Origin: the human T2T-CHM13v2.0 reference genome, Homo sapiens
Length of the DNA stretch: 64,000 nt
Assembly: GCF_009914755.1 (NCBI RefSeq)
Contig: NC_060925.1
Strand: one strand, 5' to 3'
The first letter of the stretch is position 1. Each line of letters opens with the position of its first letter. Shown one piece after another: positions 28,242-41,010 of the stretch. The notes under the pieces were generated by a model. It ran no database searches. It was given only the letters and a program-made list of their open reading frames with translations, and had not been told where the DNA came from. Position numbers and translations under genes: made by a program.

Positions 28242-28461
28242 CAAGAGTCTGCAAACGATGGTCTAGAACCAAATCCAACTGCTGTCTGTTTTTGTAAGTA
28301 AGGTTTTATTCAAATACAGTCTTGCTTGCTCATTTAAATATTGTCTAGGCTGCTTTCATGCTACAATGGCATAGTCGAATAGCTGGGATAGAGACAATAT
28401 GGCCCGCAAAGTCTAAAATATTTACAACTTCACTATTTACATAAAAATTTGTCAACAACTG
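28242..28461 (+). mobile_element. MER58A (hAT-Charlie MITE)
   Basis: MER58 body; 8-bp TSD ttctagat/ttctacat. Confidence 0.9.
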
Positions 28462-28632
28462 TTCTACATTAAACAATATATCAGCCCTGGCAGATGTAAC
28501 TGGTTACCTTGAGTATCTCATAGCATGTATGCAGTTTAATTTTCAAGTTCCCAAACAAAACTTTCCAAAAGCCATTTCTTAAGACCACACACTATAGAGT
28601 CAGATCCACCAAGTTTTGAATTATCTGAACAG

Positions 28633-28831
28633 AGCTTTGCAAATGTCAAACCAGTATAGTAGATGATGACGATTTTGCTGAAAGATCACTCCACTTTCAT
28701 CAGGGGAAACAAGCTATTGGGAATATATTTGAGGACCTCAATTTTCCATACATTGCTCTAATTACTAGAGTGCTATAGATGCATATCTCTGATTTACAGT
28801 CCGCCAAGTCAAGATTTCTGAATTTCTTGGC
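28633..28831 (+). pseudogene. Candidate fossil exon E3 (199 bp, phase 1 to 2, 1 stop)
   Basis: Acceptor ...ctgaacag; putative donor c|ataagt; reads LCKCQTSIVDDDDFAERSLHFHQGKQAIGNIFEDLNFPYIALITRVL*MHISDLQSAKSRFLNFL. Confidence 0.35.
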
Positions 28832-28967
28832 ATAAGTTTGGTAGTACAGTATTACTTTGATTATGGCTTCTTATATCTGGCATAAATATATTCCCTTTGT
28901 GCATATTCTTTTTAGATACAGTACAAAAAAAGTATGACTCTTCCTTTTTTCTCTCCTTTTACTTTAG

Positions 28968-29189
28968 GAAAAGCAGCTGTGAAGTCATAATTATGTTCAC
29001 TTCCCACTGGCAACTGGCAAGCCCTTTATTTTTGTGCATTCGGAACTCACCAAGAATAAATAAAGTCCATTCCCTCCTTGAGGGGCTATTCTGCCATTCC
29101 ATCTAGGATTTAAAAGTTTGCCAATTCCTAAAACATCTATTGTTATCAATAGTCTTGTGTCTTTCACAAAGCGGACTTTACAAAATAAG
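28968..29189 (+). pseudogene. Candidate exon E4 (222 bp, symmetric)
   Basis: Very strong acceptor cttccttttttctctccttttactttag and donor AAG|GTAAGG; 1 stop in the phase-2 frame, 3 in the phase-0 frame. Confidence 0.5.
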
Positions 29190-29615
29190 GTAAGGGGAAA
29201 AATGTCAAAAGCACATGAAAAAAATCATCTCTAAGAAAGAGCAACAAATCTGCTAGCTCTTAAGAACTTATAATTATCATTGCTGGTTAATTGGTATTAT
29301 AGATTACCCAGTTCTGACATGTAATTTTCTAACACAAAGAGGTTTCTATCATGTTACATTGTGCTTTGCATTTAGGGACTTTTTATTTTATATTTACACA
29401 CTAAAGAACTAAGGGCAGAAGTCTTGAAATATGCAAGGATTTAGATAATGAATTGCATCCTAAATTTAGAAAATATATCAGACAATACAGATGATTCATT
29501 GTAGAATTTGTAATTCCGGAAAGGCAAGTTTTGGGGACCATTGTTTATAAATAAGCTAACTTTTATTGGCTCAAATCTGGATAAGTACCAGAAGCATTAA
29601 CGAACATTTCTTCAG

Positions 29616-29689
29616 CTGCACGTGGACCTTCAAAAAGTTCTAAAACAGGGTATGTTATTATGTTTTACAGGAAGATGTGTTTAATATTT
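29616..29689 (+). pseudogene. Candidate exon E5 (74 bp)
   Basis: Branch-like cattaac, acceptor catttcttcag, donor t|gtaagt; 1 stop. Confidence 0.35.
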
Positions 29690-29861
29690 GTAAGTCAATA
29701 TGGATAATAACACTGATTTAAATGGACTGATAGATGCATTTGTCTTTTAATGTCTATTATAATAACAATTGCCAAAAGCCTATGAAAAATTCAACATTTA
29801 CTTGTTGATTAGTCTGTTTTTGATTCATATATGCAATTAATTCTTAAGTGAAGTTTTTCAG

Positions 29862-30242
29862 AGGCACTAGCCTCTCCTTAAAAGGCAACCATGTTCATTT
29901 GAAAATGTGAACAGACTATAGATTTGAGATTCTGGCTTCATGCTTTGTCCTGGGAAGAAACCTTGGATTTGGAATTTAATGGCTTCCTGACTATCTGGAC
30001 TGTGAAGAAATGCTTCTGAGGGGAGACAGATGTTTGTCTGAAACTCTATTGTTTAAAGAGCTGGACTTTGTCTGTAACAGCAGGTATGAAGATCAGAAAG
30101 AAAGATTGGGAGCCCAAATGAAGGCATTAGTACTTTGTAAACATAGACCTCATGCCTCAATCTGGGTGGATTGATGATAATGCTACAAAGAAAAATGCAG
30201 CAAAGGAAACTTAGGAATGAACCTAAAAGACACAGTGTCTTA
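29862..30242 (+). pseudogene. Candidate fossil exon E6 (381 bp, needs internal frameshifts)
   Basis: Acceptor gtttttcag, donor a|gtaaac; contains a 64-codon stop-free stretch at 29980-30171 (WLPDYLDCEEMLLRGDRCLSETLLFKELDF...). Confidence 0.25.
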
Positions 30243-30553
30243 GTAAACTAAAACGAAAGTAAAAGGAGACCTTCAAAGCCCACTGCTTCTTTTTTGAATA
30301 TTATTCCTTAAAGGATACCACACACACCCAGGTGAACTCATGGAATTTGCATTCAATAATTGATAACTTTTTGACATTTATTTGAAGTTTCCTTCCAGGA
30401 AAAAATGGTTCAAGTAGCACTCTGGCATTATTTCATAATTAAGCAGCCTTTTGCATGTACCATATGCAACCACCAAATCTAAAGTCCTGTGTTATGTAGC
30501 CTTTCCAACCTTTCTAAATCTCAAGTTTTCAGTAAATTTAATGTTTTCTTTAG

Positions 30554-30757
30554 AGAAAAAGACAGTGAAAGACAGGCAGTGTCCATTTGAACATAGCAAA
30601 TAGTCTGACCAGATGACGAGTCTACTGGCTCTTCTAGTAGCTGCTGCAACCAGCAACTTAGTGGGGGCAACATCCTCAGCCACGCCACGTGGGCTTTGCC
30701 TGAAGACAATAGATAACAGCCAAGAGGCAGACAAAGAAAACATGTGTAAAAACAATG
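30554..30757 (+). pseudogene. Candidate fossil exon E7 (204 bp, phase 1-1, 1 stop)
   Basis: Acceptor aatgttttctttag, donor g|gtaaat. Confidence 0.4.
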
Positions 30758-32492
30758 GTAAATAAAGTAAATAAAATTAACAAATTAGATAAATGAATAA
30801 AAATAAAGAGCAAAAGCAAATGTCAAAATGCATCAATTCCCCATCCAAATTACATACCTCATGTAATTTTTGTAAACATTTTGTAAGATTTACCTTCTTG
30901 ATTTATCAGCAATCATTCTGGTTTGCAATAAAATAATACCTGTAAGTGGTTTAATTGGAACTGCTGCCACTGCTTGAGATTTATGAATTGGAATATTACA
31001 TGATAATCCACAGGATCACCTTGCTTTCCTATTGCTGAAGTTTCCCTCAATTCTTCCTTCCATTCATTCATTTATTCAACAAGCCTCCATTGAAGGTCTG
31101 CTATAATTCACATCGGGGTCCCCCTCCCTTAAGAATTGCAAATTATACATGCAAGAGAAAATATTGTTTTCACTTTTTAAAAATTATTTCATTTCTATTT
31201 TTAAAAAGAGATTGTTTTCAGACAGATGGGCTACCCTGTACATTTTTAACTTTGACAAGTACATTCTGCAATGTTTTGGGGGAGAACTGAGTTTATCCTT
31301 TTGTTAACTTCAAAAGGTCAGGTATGTGCCTCAAACCTCATTTGTTTCTATTACAAACATCTTAGGAATCCATAAAGTTATATAAACTTTCAAATACTCT
31401 GATATTTGATGAGCAAATCTATGTTCATTCTGTTCATAACCTTTATGACATACCAAACACCAACCATTTTATCTCCAAATTCCACAAATGAAGGGGTCAT
31501 TATCACCCACCAAAAAGCGGTTTACAAAGATTTTAACAATGTATAAACAATCTTGCTTGAAATTAATGAACTCTTACAATCTTTCTGTCTTTTTTTAAAA
31601 TTTTTGCCATTACTTGTTAAAGAAAGTGACCCTATTGGATAGTGTTTTCATGTAATAAATTTTCTGCGACTTTACTATTTAGTCCTTGGAAGCATATTAC
31701 TAAAAATCAAATTGGATTTTCTTCTGAAAGAAGGTTACAGAGTGTGACTTCATGAGTGGAAGTATGTTATGGCTAAAGACCCCATATTTCATGCTGTAAT
31801 ATAGCCAAGTTACATTGGTATATATATTCCTTGGCCGTTGAAACAGTGTTAAACAATATTTTTCTTTTGTTTAAGATACAGTTAGTTAAGCTGTCATTAA
31901 AAAATAAACAAATTGATAATCAGAAAAAAAAATCAGAGCAAAGCAAGCTGTCAAAGGTTGGCTGTAAATCCAGCACAAGGTAAAATGTGGCTATTTTAAA
32001 AAGGGCAACTTCTTCCTAAGATAACTGTTTTTTTTTTCTCTGCTTAAAATAGTCATTGAGGGATATTCAATTGGGACCAGAGAAAGGGGAAGCCAGAATC
32101 ATTCATCAGGCACATACTTTGTGTCAGTTATAAACAGTACATTTCAAAATTAAGTATGAGAAACTCCAGGAGGAGATTAGACATGAGGAAACAAGCTCAG
32201 TAAAGCTAAGAATCTTGCCTATAGTCATCTGTGCAGTAAGAATACACTATGACTATTACAGCTAAAATATCTTTTTAAATGCCAGGTATTTTCTATTCTA
32301 ATTCTTAAAACAAATTAGAGAACTGAGATTTAGAGTGGCCCCCTCCTCTGCCTAAAAGCACTCCAGATCTGGTCATTTAATCTCTTTGGTATGCCACTTG
32401 TCCCCAGGGAACCAAACTAACAAGTTTTTCTTCTGATGTGCTCTTTAGCAAAAATGTAGAGTCATCAGACATTAGTGTGTTTGTTGCCAGCT

Positions 32493-32494
<2 letters not shown>

Positions 32495-32526
<32 letters not shown>
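32495..32526 (+). repeat. (GT)n microsatellite, about 16 units
   Basis: Direct reading. Confidence 0.97.
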
Positions 32527-32530
<4 letters not shown>

Positions 32531-32629
32531 TTCTCCCCTGCACTTCCAACTGATTTAACTTTCCACTTGTAGGTGGGTGTAGCTCAGAGAAGATCAAGAA
32601 ATATTGCACTCCCTCCACCCAATATTGTG

Positions 32630-33000
32630 GAACAAATTAAAATATGTTCAATAGTTGTGTACCTACAATAGGTAGGAGAGCTAGGGGCTGGGGATTCAAA
32701 GATGGCAAACACAATTTATGCTCCTAAGCAAATACACAAGCTCAGCAATGGGATAGACAGGATCAAGTAAGACTGCATGTGCTGTGCTATAATTTGGGCA
32801 CAGATCACATCCTCTTAATGCACAAAGAAAGAAATAACTCCAACAATGAGAGGAGAATGGATGGGAGGGACTGAGGCAAACTTCCTGATGCCTGTAACAT
32901 TTGAACTGATCTGGAAGGATGATTATAAAGGATTTTAATTGACAAAAACAATGGTGGAAGAGACTGCATGAGCCAGTGCAGGAACATTCTTACATTCTAA
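32630..33000 (-). mobile_element. L2 fragment
   Basis: gagctaggggctggggattcaaagatg, acatttgaactgatctggaaggatga. Confidence 0.6.
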
Positions 33001-36000
33001 TTATATTCTTATATTCGCATATTCTCACAGGACATTATCTTTACCAATGTTAAATGATTAAACTAGGTAATAAACAAGGCACACAGTGATCAAAAGAAAG
33101 GGGCTCTGGGGATGAACATTCTGCCTTTAATCACTAATGGTGTGGCCTAAACTGTGGGGATTAACAATGCTCTGTAATACCCCTAACTATGCAATGGGGA
33201 TAAGAAGAACCTCTCCTCCACCTGGGCATTCTTTATTGTTGTCTTCATAAAGACTTAGGTGTATGGAAAATTGGGCCCAGTGACTGACATATGACAAAGC
33301 ACTTGAAACATGATTCTATTTTTATCATTATTAGTTCTACCAATAATAATTATATATAATTAATAGAAATAATTCGTTTCCCCAAAATCAAGAAGACAGA
33401 ATTTTAATATAAAATAAAGTTTTAAACTAAGGATATTTTTCTTCACTAGTAGAATTTTTGACTCAGCTGATGGCAAAAGGATTTAGGAAAATTAAGGAAA
33501 TGTTCTAGCATACTCCAAATCACATGATGTAGTTGCCTACATATTCCAAAGCTTTCATTCTTTGCTCATTGGCATCCATATTTCCACAGAAAAGGTTTGC
33601 AAGCTCAGGGCATTATGCTAATGTCTAAGACATTCCATCACCATTAAGGGACTTTAAAATGATTCCTAGTGACAACAATATGGTTCTTTGTGTTATTAAG
33701 TAAATCATGGAATAATAAGAACAGGAAGAACACTATCTCGTTCACTAAATAAATGATCACTATCACTTAAGAGCTATTAAACCAAATTCTATCAGGTATT
33801 TTTTTAAAGATGTGTTCATTCTTTCTACTCACTTGCTAAATAAGAAAGAAGAAAAGCTCAAGAGTTTTTAAGCAGAAGCTCTGTTCTGCAGCTCACAGAA
33901 TGGATTAACACCAGCTGGAAAAATCTGGGGAAAGTAGGCTAATCCTTGCTAAGCTGGTGGCCCTATCTAGCTGCTGCAGAAGCTGCAGCATCTGGGACTG
34001 GCTTTTACTCCCAACTGGCTTCACCCTTCCCCTATAACTCTTATCCTAATGTTATTCAAAGAGAATTCCATCATTTGCCCTGATATAAGCATCAGGCACA
34101 CAGAGTCAACCCACAGACACTCCTGCCTATCCCTAGAAATTTTGAAAGTTCCAGTATCTGTTTAGCACTAGTAAATCATTTCCTGCTTGGTCAATCCATA
34201 TTTTACTTTGTGTATACAGCCTCTACTTTTATCCAGTTATATTTAATTAATAAAAATAATTCCCGTCTTCCAACTATACCAAGGAAAATTTCTTCTTTAT
34301 CACACCATTTTAGAACATTTATTTACAACATACAGAAATACAATTATATCTTTAAGTTAACAACTTGTAACTGAGATAAGAAGGCATTGCTTCTCTGAGT
34401 TTATTTTGTTAGAGCTGTTCTTTTTTTTTTAAAAGGAAGCTTCTGCTCAGAAAATGTGAAAGAAATAATCTATCTCAAGACCTTGCTGTTCTTGACCGTT
34501 CAAAAATTCTTTAAATAAAATATAATATGGAAGCTGTGCTCTGCATGTTGAGACCATTTCACTGTTGAGCCTTCCCAGCCAGAAAACAGGCTCAAAATAA
34601 TTAGACTTGAACAAAACCACATTATTTACTTTTTGCTTTAATAAGGAGGTGATTATTAGAAGATGAACCATGACTACCAAGATAGCAGGTATAGATTCTT
34701 TTTAACAAAATTAATTTAGATTATATTCACTATCTTAAGATACTTATGCACATAAATCATATCTCTCTCTATGTATTTTTGCATGAAACATAGAGTATAT
34801 GAAATAAAATGAATGCAATGAATAGAAATTTAATCATATATTTACCTGAATTATTAGATTATTCATAAATAGCTTATTAGAGGCAGTAAAAGTCAACAGA
34901 GAATGATTGCAATATGCAGATGTGATGTAAGTCTGTGATATTTTAGAAGAAATTTTCCTGTAAATCACACATGAAAGATGCAGCCACTCATGCTGGACAA
35001 CTGCCTGGTGTTCCCCAGAAACATAGGGACAACCAAAGGGCACCTCAGTAAGTTTATACTGGACCATAGATAATAAACTCATAAACAAACACCAGATTTT
35101 TGTTCTGGAGAAAAAGATGAAAGCTTTTGAACAGTACTAGTCATCACCAAGGAAACTATGGTGGAGTAAAAAAATTTTAAGAAGATATCAACATTGCAGT
35201 AAATCAACCTAACCTGGAAATGTGTTTGGTGACAAACTGAATTTTCCTAGGTGTCGACAAACTAACTCTTTTAAGGCCCCACTAGGGGCCTTAAGTGATC
35301 TACTCCCCAATTCTTCCATAGATGCACAAAAATACTAACTGATCTATTCATTGTGTGTCTTTAGAAATGCAGACATTTAATGGGTTACGAAGCTTAACTG
35401 CTAGACACATTCATTAGATGTGAACAGTTAATATGTAGTCATTTCTGTTGGCTTCTAAATTATCCTCATCACTCTTTTGAGACATAGCAGCTCATCCTAG
35501 GCCAATGATATCAACCATGGCTGTACTGTGAACTGTAATCCAGTATCTTTCTCTCAACACCTCCTCTCTTCTCAGCTAAGATATTGAAGATGCTCTGCTT
35601 TTCCCTCTGACTTTCATCACTTAAAACTTTGTTGATTTCACCTGAGGAAAATTGACAAATATTTTTAATCATCTTTCACCTTTCTTTCTCACTTCCAACT
35701 CTTCTCCAATTGCCTGACTAAAATTTCTATTCCTTTTCCTGTTTTTTTTCCTACATATTTCAGAAATGGCCCTGATTTGAGCAGAAAATATTAAGAATAA
35801 TGCTAATAAAAACACAGTCATGTTTTCAAATGTAATTTAAATATAATTTTAAAAAAGTTTTATGCTCAAACATTTCTAGAAATATCCTGAATTACATTTC
35901 GGAAGTTTTATAAACTATCTCAGCTATTTCTTTTCCTCTTCAAGTGAATATTTTATCATACATATTCAAAATAAATAAAATACTATGTTATTCAATTATT

Positions 36001-36018
36001 ATGCTACCATACTACTGC

Positions 36019-36380
36019 TGTTTTAGTTCATTCAGCTATAACAAAATATGACAGACTGGGTGGCTTATAAAGAACAGAAATTTGTTTTACACAGTTCTGG
36101 AGGCTGGGAAGGTCAAGGTCAAGGCACTGGCAGATTTGGTGTCTGGTGAGGGTCCACTTTCTGGATCATACATAGTGCCTTCTCATTGTGTCCTCACATG
36201 GTCAAAGGGGTGAGGGGTCTCTCTTGAGCGGGTTTTATAAGAGCACTAATCTCATTCCTGAGGGCTCTGACCCCATGACCTAATTATCTCCCAAAGTAAC
36301 CACCTTTTAATACCATCCCCTTGAGGGTTAGGATTTTAACATATGAATTTGGTGAGGACACAAACATTCAGACCATAGCA
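36019..36380 (-). mobile_element. MLT1A/MLT1A0 MaLR solo LTR
   Basis: Ends acacaaacattcagaccatagca; body cacagttctggaggctgggaag; 5-bp TSD actgc/attgc. Confidence 0.92.
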
Positions 36381-36883
36381 ATTGCCTTTTTCTCATAACA
36401 TATGAACTCTCAAACTATATTATATGGTAATTAGACTTTAGAAATTGTTTTAAAAATCTAACTACAATGTTCAAACAACTAATTCACTAGGAAACTTTTA
36501 GAAAATAACTGATTTCTAAGTTGGAGACGTACTATGTAACTGTATTAAGTCACAAAGCTCAAATTCAGTTTTTCTATTTGACTTCAGTGTCAAGATTCTT
36601 CACATTTTTGCTAGGCTACTTACTCTCCATGTTCAAGTTATCTCTAATGACTATATCAAAATAGAACACAGATGAAAGCAAAAATAGAAATTGAACCACA
36701 AACATGAAACAGGTAACAAACAGAAAATGTCTCTGAGAAATGCCTTATAATTCTAAAATAAATTTGGAACTAGATTTTTGCAGAATACTGCTTAAGAAAT
36801 TAAATTGTAAAAAATAAGGGAATCATTTGAATAAGCCATTAATAAGATTAATGGAAAATAATTTATTCTCATTTTATCTCTAG

Positions 36884-37018
36884 ATGCCATGTCCAGCCAA
36901 ATAAATGAGACTGAACTTCATGGTTGTTGTTTTTACTTCATCCCGGTCAAAAGAAATGAAATTAAATATAAAAAGCAGATCACCAAATAAAGTCCAAATG
37001 AATTAAGCACTGCTCCTA
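36884..37018 (+). pseudogene. Candidate fossil exon (135 bp, phase 1-1, 1 stop)
   Basis: Acceptor ttctcattttatctctag, weak donor a|gtataa; reads AMSSQINETELHGCCFYFIPVKRNEIKYKKQITK*SPNELSTAP. Confidence 0.3.
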
Positions 37019-37365
37019 GTATAACTCACAGTTAATATAAGTTGACTATCCACTCTGCAGACAACACTTTTCATCAACATTTTTCACCATACAGCTAGAC
37101 CTCAACTAACAGTCAAGTGTCAAAAAAATGAATCACTTTAGAACCCATCTTAATAATGAGACAATTGACTTCTGGTACCCAATTTAGAACATCTACAAAA
37201 GGAGTGGTGAGCAGATTTCCACTGTGATGCAAAATCTTATTCATTGGGCATTGATAGCTGAGTGCTGTGTTAAGGATTCTGAAGTGGTAAATCACAAAGA
37301 ATGCTGTCAACACACTTAGTAAATAGTTAACACAGGACTTCTCTAGTATTAAAATTCATAATAGT

Positions 37366-37701
<336 letters not shown>

Positions 37702-38095
37702 TTATACCATCTCCTTTTTTGCTCATGGCAAGTAGTGTAATCCCTGCCAGAACATGGGAGGAGACAATGTAACACATGTGCCATTCATTTACTCAGAGGT
37801 ATACAGTGTCTTTCCTTATGTGTTATCCAGTTTAGGCTGTCTGCACCCCTCTGTGCATTGTTTTTTGGCGACTGTTCCAATGTCACTAGGTAAGATGCTA
37901 CCCCCTGTGATATAGCAAGACATATTTTGTGCCTAGAGTTACAAGGAAAACCTTTTTTTTTCCATAGAAACAAGACTAGGCATGACAAGTATATGTAGTT
38001 TTATTTGTTCAACAAATATTGAGATAATACGCTATGGCTAGTACTGATGTATATACTAACCACAGTGTATTATCTCAAAATTAGATATGTATACA

Positions 38096-38528
38096 AAGTT
38101 GACCCTTGAACAATGCGAAGGTTAGGGAGGCTGACCTACAGTACAGTCAAAAATCTGTGTATAATTTTTGACTCCCCCAAAACTTAACTGCTAATAGCCT
38201 ACTGTTCCTTGGAAGCCTTGCTAATAACATAAACAGTCAATTAACACATATTTTGCATGTTATATGTATTATATACTACACTATTACATTAAAGTAAGCT
38301 AGAGGAAAAAATATTAAAATCACAAGACAATATATACTCACTATTTATAAAGTGGAAGTAGAGCATCATAAAGGTCTTTATTCTCATCACCCTCACACTG
38401 AGTAGGCTAAGGAGGTGGGAGGAAGAGGAGGAATTGGTCTTGCTGTCTCAGGGATGGCAGAGGCAAAAAAAAATCTGCATAGAAGCAGACCCCCTTTGTT
38501 CAAGCCCTTGTTGTTCAAGGGTCACCTG
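38096..38528 (+). mobile_element. Tigger2a-like (MER28) DNA transposon derivative
   Basis: TIRs agttgacccttgaacaa ... ttgttcaagggtcacctg followed by TA. Confidence 0.9.
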
Positions 38529-39324
38529 TACATCTAATTTTACCATGGTCTTTTTGATGATTTCAGGTTTAATATTGAAACTTTGGCTAAAATTCACCCA
38601 CGGGAAAAATAGAAAGTATCATGGATTTTTATATAAAAGGAGTCCTGGCTGTACTATTTACAAAGCATGCTAACATATCACTTTTCTTCTCTGAGTCTTC
38701 ATGTTTTCTGAATATCAAAGGTTTCAAACTTCAGAGAGCTGTACGGGACAAATCAAATAAGACATTAAAAACGCATTCTGGAGAGTAAAAATGCTAGCAA
38801 ATACAGGTGTCTCAACTTACTTGTTACCTTCCATTTCTGTCCCCTACTCACATTGCTTTCTTTTCTGTAATTGTGTTTAAAGCTGTCCAAAGAGACTCTC
38901 CAAATGCTGGGCTCTCTGTCTGGAAGTTTCAAATGAGGCTTTTGGATGTGCATCTTTTTATCTGAGGGTAGGATTGGGGCAAGAAAGAAGGTGATTTAAG
39001 TGTACTGGTTGCCTGGGTGACAATTAACTGGGTATTGCTTTTAGGGAGTCATACAGAAAAATAGAAAAGACCAGTAAAAAATGCCATCCTAGTTTGAATG
39101 CTGGATGTAGTGAAGGGGGTTTTGATGAAGAAACTGTTGAGGAACAATTGAGATTAGAACCACTTGGAGAATTAAAATTTTAATAAGGAGGCATTACTTT
39201 AAAGTGAGGGGAGGGATTTATCCTAACTGATGCCTTGTTAAAAAGAATAACACAGAGTAAATAGTCCTAAGAACAATTGCAATCTTTGGAGTCTGTAATT
39301 TGTAATTGCTGCACATAATTTCAG

Positions 39325-39420
39325 TTAACAGGCCATGAGAGGAACAGTCACACATACCAAGAAAGGTACATACGGAGATAATTCCAATCAAAGTGAGCAC
39401 AGCCTACGCATAAACAGGAT
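39325..39420 (+). pseudogene. Candidate exon (96 bp, symmetric)
   Basis: Acceptor ataatttcag, donor gat|gtaagt; purine-rich body. Confidence 0.25.
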
Positions 39421-39503
39421 GTAAGTACCGCAAGTCACCAAAACTACACTCAGGAGAAAGTGCTCGTTATTAACAGACTGTGGATTAGTTTCAATATCTA
39501 CAC

Positions 39504-39554
39504 CAGGGGTCATCAAATAGGCCCACAGGGTGGTCCTGGATTTGCAAACACAGC

Positions 39555-39600
<46 letters not shown>

Positions 39601-40063
39601 GAGATGGAGTTTGGCTTTGGCTTTTGTTGCCCTGTTGTCCAGGCTGGAGTGTAATGGCCCGATCTTGGCTCACCACAACCTCTCCTTCCCAGGTTCAAGC
39701 GATTCTCCTGCCTCAGCCACCTGAGTAGCTGGGATTACAGGTGTGCACCACCATGCCAGGCTAATTTTGTATTTTTAGTAGAGACGGGGATTCTCCCTAT
39801 TGGTCAGGCTGGTCTCAAACACCCAACCTCAGGCGATCCGCCCACCTCAGCCTCCCAAAGTGCTGGGATTACAGGTGTGAGCCACCACACCTGGCCGCAA
39901 GTAGAGTTTTACTGGAACACGGCCATGTCTCCTCATTTGCTATTGTCCGGTTGCTGCTTCCACACTACCAGGACAGGGCTCAGAAGTTGTGATAGAGATT
40001 GTGTGGCTGGAAAAGCCTAAAATATTCAATGTTCTGGCCCTTTGAAGAAAGTTAACTGAACCA
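39504..40063 (+). mobile_element. MER58A split by an Alu
   Basis: Starts cagggg, resumes after the Alu with gttttactggaacacggccatg; 8-bp TSD atctacac/atctagac. Confidence 0.85.
39556..39896 (-). mobile_element. AluSp/Sq with its tail converted to (GTT)15
   Basis: Alu body 39601-39896; perfect GTT x15 at 39556-39600. Confidence 0.95.
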
Positions 40064-40965
40064 ATCTAGACTGTTACACTTACAGTGAAAATAATTAAGG
40101 ATTAGGAGTTGGAAGGATAACTCAATAATTCCATTCAGTTGTGATGTGTATTGTCATTATTTCATTCAATCAGCAAATAACTGTGATGACATGTGCAAGG
40201 AAACATGGGAGATGCAAAAGTTTAGTAAAGCAGGTATCCTGCTATAGTGGAGAGAGCTCAGGACTCTGCAGACCTGGGCTTGAAACCCAACTTGAATGGA
40301 TTAAGTGGCTTTGAAGGAGTTACTTGGACTCTCCTTAAACCTCAGTTTTCATGATCATTTCACATCATCATTTCATAATCACGATCATTTTCTATGGGCA
40401 TATCTATTTAAAATCTGTCTATCAGATCCCCCAGTCAATATGGAGATTGCGGTAGGCACCAAGACAGGAAGGTGTGATTTAGGATCAACTGGATTTATAA
40501 TTTTAAAAGAATTTATTTATATGACTGATGTTTTGTCTGGTGGAGCCTGAAGTAACTATGTAAAATATCCTTGTATTATTACTGCTTGTTTATGTTACTT
40601 ATATAGTTATATTATTTCCCAATCAATTTCATCTTTTGTATTTTTATCTTCAAAAGTTTTGGGCTTTACGATCTCAAAACACATTTTCATCATTCACATA
40701 TTAAAAAAGTGACTTTTTTCAGAGTTTTGCTATTGAAGCAGTGATACAAAACTGGTTGACTTTTTTTCTGGGGCAGAGGAGAGAGTCACCAAGTCAATTG
40801 AATTAATCATTTACCTCACCACTATATATACCAGACACAGATAAGACAAACTGACTTTTATAAAATCCCTGCAAACCCATCATTACAAACATTAACTGGG
40901 TCAATTTCACCTGAAGGCAGGATTACTCTTTCCTATACCAATTTCGGATTTCCCAGATTAACCCG

Positions 40966-41010
40966 TTTTTTGTTTTTTGTTTTGTTTTGTTTGTTTTGTT
41001 TTGTTTTTTT
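40966..41010 (+). repeat. (TTTTG)n simple repeat
   Basis: Direct reading. Confidence 0.9.

Noticed and set aside
28600-28850. Minus-strand VE*SFSK resembling the hAT dimerisation motif ERSFS
   Set aside because: Only a few residues match, there are no TIRs, and the + strand exon reading explains the segment better
34858-34960. LFINSLLEAVKVNRE... resembling a CARD/death-fold helix
   Set aside because: Several stops, a weak acceptor and no diagnostic residues
39460-39724. PolyQ, polyT, polyV and polyL ORFs
   Set aside because: Frames of the (GTT)15 Alu tail
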